DNA of 32,820 nt from a virus (taxonomy: Duplodnaviria; Heunggongvirae; Uroviricota; Caudoviricetes), in the IMG/VR virus record IMGVR_UViG_2541047822_000005; one strand, written 5' to 3'. The position numbers were made by a program, and so were the translations under genes. Under the pieces are notes generated by a model. It was not told where the DNA came from. It made no database searches and worked only from the letters and a program-made list of their open reading frames with translations. Each line of letters begins with the position of its first letter. Position 1 is the first letter of the stretch. Of this stretch, positions 28,444 through 32,820 are shown in pieces.

Positions 28444-28785
28444 TTAATTCGGCATGGTTAGCCGTCTGGGAAATAAGCTCACCACTGCACGAAAATGATT
28501 CATTGCTTTAATCAGCTCCCGCTTTTCGTCAGTGGTCAGCTCATTAATGCTGATGCTATGACGTTCAGCTGGAATTTTTGCCATAAAGAATATGGCAGCC
28601 AGTGCCCGTTTATTTTGTTCATTATTGATATCCCGTGGATCACGCATATCTTTAATAAACCGCTCAAGCTCTGACTCAATATTCAGGCCAAAAACTTTCG
28701 CCCTTAACTCCGCAATGTGATTAAGTCCATTCAGGCGTTCACCGGGGCTTAATGGAACAGTTGCTGCAGCGCCATTAATTGCCAT
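28444..28785 (-). CDS. hypothetical early protein
   Basis: 113-aa ORF with an upstream GGGGGA ribosome-binding site; no motif recognised. Confidence 0.55.
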   Translation of the reverse strand: MAINGAAATVPLSPGERLNGLNHIAELRAKVFGLNIESELERFIKDMRDPRDINNEQNKRALAAIFFMAKIPAERHSISINELTTDEKRELIKAMNHFRAVVSLFPRRLTMPN

Positions 28786-28807
28786 ACTTCATATCCCCCA
28801 AACGCAG

Positions 28808-29032
28808 CTATCGTTCTTTGTTCTTACGGTAACGCTCAAGAGGAGATACATTTTTTCGTATCGTCTCTTTAACCTGCTCTCCCCGTAAAAACGTCCCATC
28901 CTTTAACGTGAAAAAGTAACTGCCATCGCCCGACAATGACGGATAGCAACAGAGCAAATCATCTTCAGGTACTGAATAACTCTCCCCTCTGTAACGAAAC
29001 TGATAAACCACTTCACTTTCTGCCCCATACAT
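28808..29032 (-). CDS. hypothetical early protein (overlaps an alternative ORF)
   Basis: 74-aa ORF with balanced amino-acid composition and a GGAG ribosome-binding site; overlaps the 3' part of the 28903..29232 ORF. Confidence 0.4.
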   Translation of the reverse strand: MYGAESEVVYQFRYRGESYSVPEDDLLCCYPSLSGDGSYFFTLKDGTFLRGEQVKETIRKNVSPLERYRKNKER

Positions 29033-29199
29033 TTGGACTTTCTCCGTTTCCTCGTGGTCAATTCAGACAGCAATTCATCTTGTGAATGACATGGATGCCA
29101 GCGTTTTCCATCCTCACCCGTGATCCAGCCGTGACCGTAGTGCATTGCCGGGCTTTGTTTTACCAGCAGCGATGCAAATGATGGTTCTTTCGTCAGCAT
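28903..29199 (-). CDS. hypothetical early protein directly after cII (overlaps an alternative ORF)
   Basis: ORF starting MLTKEPS with a GAGG ribosome-binding site just after the cII stop. Its 3' third overlaps the 74-aa ORF in another frame, so it is unclear which is expressed. Confidence 0.35.
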   Translation of the reverse strand: MLTKEPSFASLLVKQSPAMHYGHGWITGEDGKRWHPCHSQDELLSELTTRKRRKSKCMGQKVKWFISFVTEGRVIQYLKMICSVAIRHCRAMAVTFSR

Positions 29200-29206
29200 A
29201 AACACC

Positions 29207-29716
29207 TCACAGCAAACCGAATGAAGCACCAAGGCCAGTCATGGTATCAACTGCACTCGCCATCGCCGGGTTAGCCTGTAAACGGGCCTGCAATGAAACA
29301 GCAGCCAGCGCCATCAGTCGTGTTACAGAGTTAATGCTGCTGATAGCATCACGACGACCTGCACTGGTTTTTACATTGCCAGATACCGCACCTGCAGCAA
29401 TACGCCCGATCTCTGCGGTTGCACTCATGACGTAATGCGGCAGTTTCTCTTTTGCTACCTCATTAATCGGTACACATGGCAGGCAGTGAATCTGTGCCAG
29501 AAAACCATCTATCAGCGTTGAATCTTCAGTCAGATCGGTAAGCAGCCAGATTTCTGGCGCATTGAGCTGATGCGGTTGATCTGGGTTGAGTTTGTTTCGC
29601 AGAGTCTGGACATTCATTCCTGCACGTTCTGCCAGCTTCGCCATATTGTGACGAAGTGCAAAAGCTCTACAGGCTTCATCAAAATGCGGGTGTTTGGAAA
29701 TCTTATAATCAAACAT
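29207..29716 (-). CDS. cII: CII-like lysogeny establishment regulator (186 type)
   Basis: 169-aa ORF with a helix-turn-helix near the N-terminus, immediately after apl, matching 186 cII in size and position. Confidence 0.7.
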   Translation of the reverse strand: MFDYKISKHPHFDEACRAFALRHNMAKLAERAGMNVQTLRNKLNPDQPHQLNAPEIWLLTDLTEDSTLIDGFLAQIHCLPCVPINEVAKEKLPHYVMSATAEIGRIAAGAVSGNVKTSAGRRDAISSINSVTRLMALAAVSLQARLQANPAMASAVDTMTGLGASFGLL

Positions 29717-29748
29717 GCTACCCCCTTAGAAAGTTCTCATAATTGAAC

Positions 29749-29991
29749 TTACTTACCAACAATGACGCGGAAGTTGGAATGACCGAGGGATTCACGGACC
29801 TGATCGGTTTTGTACATTAAATAACGCAGGCTTACGCGGCCTTTGTTTTTTTCTTTCTTGACCATGTATTTAGCAAGCTGACCATGGTGAATTTTTTGAT
29901 ACACGGAGCCGCGGGAGATACCTTCCCATTCCGCGAACTCAGCAGGCGTTGCCATCTCTTTTGGTACACGAATTGAAATATCAGTACTCAT
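29749..29991 (-). CDS. apl: Apl/Cox-like excisionase and transcription regulator
   Basis: 80-aa basic helix-turn-helix protein, first gene of the lytic operon, divergent from cI. Confidence 0.7.
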   Translation of the reverse strand: MSTDISIRVPKEMATPAEFAEWEGISRGSVYQKIHHGQLAKYMVKKEKNKGRVSLRYLMYKTDQVRESLGHSNFRVIVGK

Positions 29992-30101
29992 AGTGCAGTA
30001 TCTCTTAGTTTGGTTTCGTTTTATCTTGTTTTATGTGGTTTGGTTTTGCTTTTCAAACCATGAATGGATATTAAGATCACTTTTTATATGCGTCAAGAGG
30101 T
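29992..30101. promoter_or_regulatory. lysis-lysogeny switch region (divergent promoters and operators)
   Basis: 110-bp AT-rich intergenic region between divergent apl and cI, with repeated GGTTTG / CAAACC-containing elements. Confidence 0.5.
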
Positions 30102-30740
30102 TTGATTATGAGTTTAATCAAGGCGGGGAATGATAGTGGTGGGCGCGATGCGATTAATAGGCTTATTAAGGCTTACAACTTCAGCTCACGACAGCAGCTC
30201 TGCGAACATCTGGAAGTATCAAAAAGCACTATGGCTAACAGATACTTAAGGGATAGCTTTCCTGCCGAATGGGTAATCCAATGTGCCCTTGAAACAGGAG
30301 CTTCCCTTCTATGGCTGGCTACTGGTCAAGGAGATATGTATGCGTGTGAGAACGAAGAAACAAATCTCAAAAATGAACCTCCCGTCACTGTAAGACCACT
30401 TTCTAAGATCGTTGCTCCTAGCATCAAACGTGTTGAACTGAAGAACGGCGAACTGCAGCCAAGTGATGAAATTCTTCTTGATAGCAGCCTGCTCGATGGT
30501 GACTCATCCAACGCTTTATTTGTTAAAACAGCTAATGATAGCTTTGTAGTGGATACGTCTGTTAAACAAGTCAGTAATGGCTTCTGGTTAGTCGATATGG
30601 ACGGAGTTAAAAGCATCGTCAAAATTGCGCGCATACCCGGAAACAAAATAGTAGTTAACCAAGATGACACTTCATTTGAATGTTCTGTAGATGATGTGGA
30701 AGTCGTAGGACGTGCAGTCAAAGTAATCAAGAACCTCTAA
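30102..30740 (+). CDS. cI: CI-like immunity repressor (186 type)
   Basis: 212-aa ORF with an N-terminal helix-turn-helix and a distinct C-terminal domain; upstream of and co-oriented with int. Confidence 0.75.
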   Translation: MIMSLIKAGNDSGGRDAINRLIKAYNFSSRQQLCEHLEVSKSTMANRYLRDSFPAEWVIQCALETGASLLWLATGQGDMYACENEETNLKNEPPVTVRPLSKIVAPSIKRVELKNGELQPSDEILLDSSLLDGDSSNALFVKTANDSFVVDTSVKQVSNGFWLVDMDGVKSIVKIARIPGNKIVVNQDDTSFECSVDDVEVVGRAVKVIKNL

Positions 30741-30743
30741 CTT

Positions 30744-31784
30744 ATGACCATCAGAAAACAGCCGAACGGAAAATGGTTGTGTGAGTGCTATCCCAATGGA
30801 CGCAATGGTAAGCGCGTGCGTAAGCAATTTGCTACCAAAGGCGAAGCCATTGCGTTTGAAAGCTTCACAATGGAAGAAGTGAACAAAAAACCATGGCTAG
30901 GGGAAAAGGAAGATCGGCGACATCTATCAGAATTAATTGAGCTGTGGTATTCCCTGTATGGTCAAACACTCGCAGACCCCAAGCGCCTCATGGCGAAACT
31001 TAGAATTATCTGTAATGGTCTAGGCGATCCCATCGCCTCAGAACTGACAGCTGGTGAGTTTACGAAATACCGCGAAGCACGGTTAAAAGGTGAAGTACGA
31101 AATGAAGATGGCACGCTTATGTCGCCCGTTAAGCCCCGCACGGTAAATCTTGAACAGCGCAACCTATCATCTGTTTTTGGTACACTGAAAAAGCTGGGCC
31201 ACTGGTCAGCCCCCAACCCGCTTGCTGGGCTGCCAACATTTAAAATTGCTGAGGGTGAATTGGCGTTCCTGACCCCGGAAGAAATTAAACGTCTGCTGGA
31301 TGCCTGTGCTGATTCTCAAAGCCCCAGTCTGCTGATGATTGCAAAAATATGCTTGGCCACCGGCGCACGCTGGAGCGAAGCCGAAAACCTACAGAGTCAT
31401 CAGGTATCAAAATACCGTATCACTTATACCAAGACTAAAGGAAAGAAAAACCGAACAGTGCCTATTTCAAAGGATTTATATGAAGAACTGCCTAAGAATA
31501 GGGGAAAATTATTTACACCTTGTAGGAAAGCTTTTGAACGTGCGGTAAAACGAGCTGGTATCGAGCTACCAGAAGGGCAATGCACACACGTATTACGACA
31601 TACATTTGCAAGTCACTTTATGATGAATGGCGGAAACATACTGGTGCTGCGCGATATTCTGGGCCATGTCGATATAAAAATGACAATGATTTACGCCCAC
31701 TTCGCTCCCGACCATCTGGAAGATGCTGTAACCAAAAATCCTCTTGCTAACCTTGGATGGAGAAAATTAGAAAGTGCTTGTTAA
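30744..31784 (+). CDS. int: tyrosine integrase
   Basis: 346-aa ORF with the tyrosine-recombinase C-terminal motifs (R...HVLRHTFASHFMMNGG...LGH...MTMIYAH). Confidence 0.9.
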   Translation: MTIRKQPNGKWLCECYPNGRNGKRVRKQFATKGEAIAFESFTMEEVNKKPWLGEKEDRRHLSELIELWYSLYGQTLADPKRLMAKLRIICNGLGDPIASELTAGEFTKYREARLKGEVRNEDGTLMSPVKPRTVNLEQRNLSSVFGTLKKLGHWSAPNPLAGLPTFKIAEGELAFLTPEEIKRLLDACADSQSPSLLMIAKICLATGARWSEAENLQSHQVSKYRITYTKTKGKKNRTVPISKDLYEELPKNRGKLFTPCRKAFERAVKRAGIELPEGQCTHVLRHTFASHFMMNGGNILVLRDILGHVDIKMTMIYAHFAPDHLEDAVTKNPLANLGWRKLESAC

Positions 31785-31890
31785 TAACTATATCCAACAA
31801 TACCCATGGATATCGTACTTACTTATCATAATATATTTTTTATATATATGCCTTGAATTATATCTATGCGTATCAAAAAAAGGCTTTAAC

Positions 31891-32820
31891 ATGGATGAAA
31901 GGCCATTAACAAGTCAATACTTATTTAAACAATCACTTAGGATTCCTGTATTTTCAGCGATATACTTTGGTATATTTTCCTGGCTTGGACATTCCCCTCA
32001 ATTTGATAGTGAGGGCTTTAATAATTTCATTGCAATTAGCAAGCTTCCTATCGCCTTACTTTCTTTGTCCATACCATTTGTTGCTGTCGTAGCAAACATA
32101 CACCGCACAGTTCAAACAAACCGACAAATTGAGGAAACCAAGCAAAAGAATCTATCTGATAGCTACTATAGCCATCTAAAGTTCGTTACTGATTATTTCA
32201 CCAATTTACCTAACAAAACCATTAAACGCGAACGTCATTATGGTACTAAAGAGATAAGTTATAAAATAAACTACCCAATACATCTATATAGATATATTTT
32301 CATAAATAGCTCACCAGAGAAGGGACGGCCTAAAAATACAGATAAAGAATACATACGTGAAGTAAATAATCACTGGGTTGATATACTAAAAAACCTAGAG
32401 AAGATACATTCATCTAATCGTGGCTCTCAGTTTGCCGAAGTTTTAATCCGTCAAATGCAATCTCTTCATTCAATAGAAAAACACTTATCCGAACTTAATC
32501 GAATGCTTTGCCTAACTCCCATGGAGTTAAATGAACATGCAACTTTATACTTTGATGGATATGAAATGATTACTAACTTCATGTCCAGCATTGAACTTGG
32601 CGATACAATTGAAACCTACTTCAAATTTACCATTGATATTCTTGATATTACCGATAATTTCCTTTCATTCAAGGATGATGGCTCGTCTGGGCAAATCATT
32701 ATACTAGCAAGATTACTGAAAGATAATAATCCAGCTATCTTTGATGAAATTGTAACAAACAAAGGGAAGGCTCAACCTTCGTTGACCTACAATGGCGACA
32801 GATTGGCGACAGAACATTAA
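31891..32820 (+). CDS. hypothetical AT-rich protein with two predicted N-terminal transmembrane helices
   Basis: 309-aa ORF from the internal ATG (track ORF 31774..32820 overlaps the int 3' end). Two hydrophobic segments, IPVFSAIYFGIFSWLG and ISKLPIALLSLSIPFVAVVANI, are followed by a soluble domain; codon usage is markedly AT-rich. Confidence 0.6.
   Translation: MDERPLTSQYLFKQSLRIPVFSAIYFGIFSWLGHSPQFDSEGFNNFIAISKLPIALLSLSIPFVAVVANIHRTVQTNRQIEETKQKNLSDSYYSHLKFVTDYFTNLPNKTIKRERHYGTKEISYKINYPIHLYRYIFINSSPEKGRPKNTDKEYIREVNNHWVDILKNLEKIHSSNRGSQFAEVLIRQMQSLHSIEKHLSELNRMLCLTPMELNEHATLYFDGYEMITNFMSSIELGDTIETYFKFTIDILDITDNFLSFKDDGSSGQIIILARLLKDNNPAIFDEIVTNKGKAQPSLTYNGDRLATEH

Larger units (their letters stand above)
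1061..32820. mobile_element. P2/186-family prophage integrated at ssrA, truncated by window end
   Basis: Near-complete P2-like late gene synteny, 186-like cII/apl/cI/int module, cos site and tyrosine integrase, all directly after the ssrA 3' end. The int-side att site was not found inside the window. Confidence 0.85.

Noticed and set aside
31774-31890. Upstream extension of the last ORF (track start at 31774).
   Set aside because: The extension overlaps the int 3' end and is encoded by extremely AT-rich promoter-like sequence; the internal ATG at 31891 is the more plausible start.
31785-31890. Possible attL core immediately after int.
   Set aside because: The ssrA 3' terminal sequence is not present here, so the att copy must be beyond the window.

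Overview
The window is the 5' part of a P2/186-family (Fels-2-like) myovirus prophage inserted at the 3' end of the tmRNA gene ssrA of an Escherichia-like enterobacterium. Host smpB (1..483) and ssrA (698..1060) are followed from about 1061 by the prophage, which runs past the window end. Gene order, left to right: a small cargo gene beside attR, ogr, the tail operon (D, U, T, E/E', FII, FI), a Hin/Gin-family invertase with an invertible tail-fibre segment, the fibre and baseplate genes (G, H, I, J, W, V, S, R), the lysis cassette (lysC, lysB, lysA, K, Y), X and L, the head genes (M, N, O, then P and Q on the other strand), cos, a LexA-boxed tum-like/dinI-like pair, replication gene A, a Dam-like methyltransferase, small early genes, a 186-type cII-apl / cI-int switch, and an AT-rich gene of unknown function after int. 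No CRISPR array, rRNA or tRNA was seen. The two candidates for something undescribed are the single-gene cargo loci flanking the att-proximal ends: a WYL-like/BRCT-like protein (1184..1666) and an AT-rich predicted membrane protein (31891..32820). Both are unverified hypotheses from sequence reading alone. Protein identities are from recognising the translated ORFs by eye; no database search was run. Motif coordinates I derived by hand may be off by a few nucleotides, and in 28981..29160 my reading of the nucleotides did not match the supplied ORF track.
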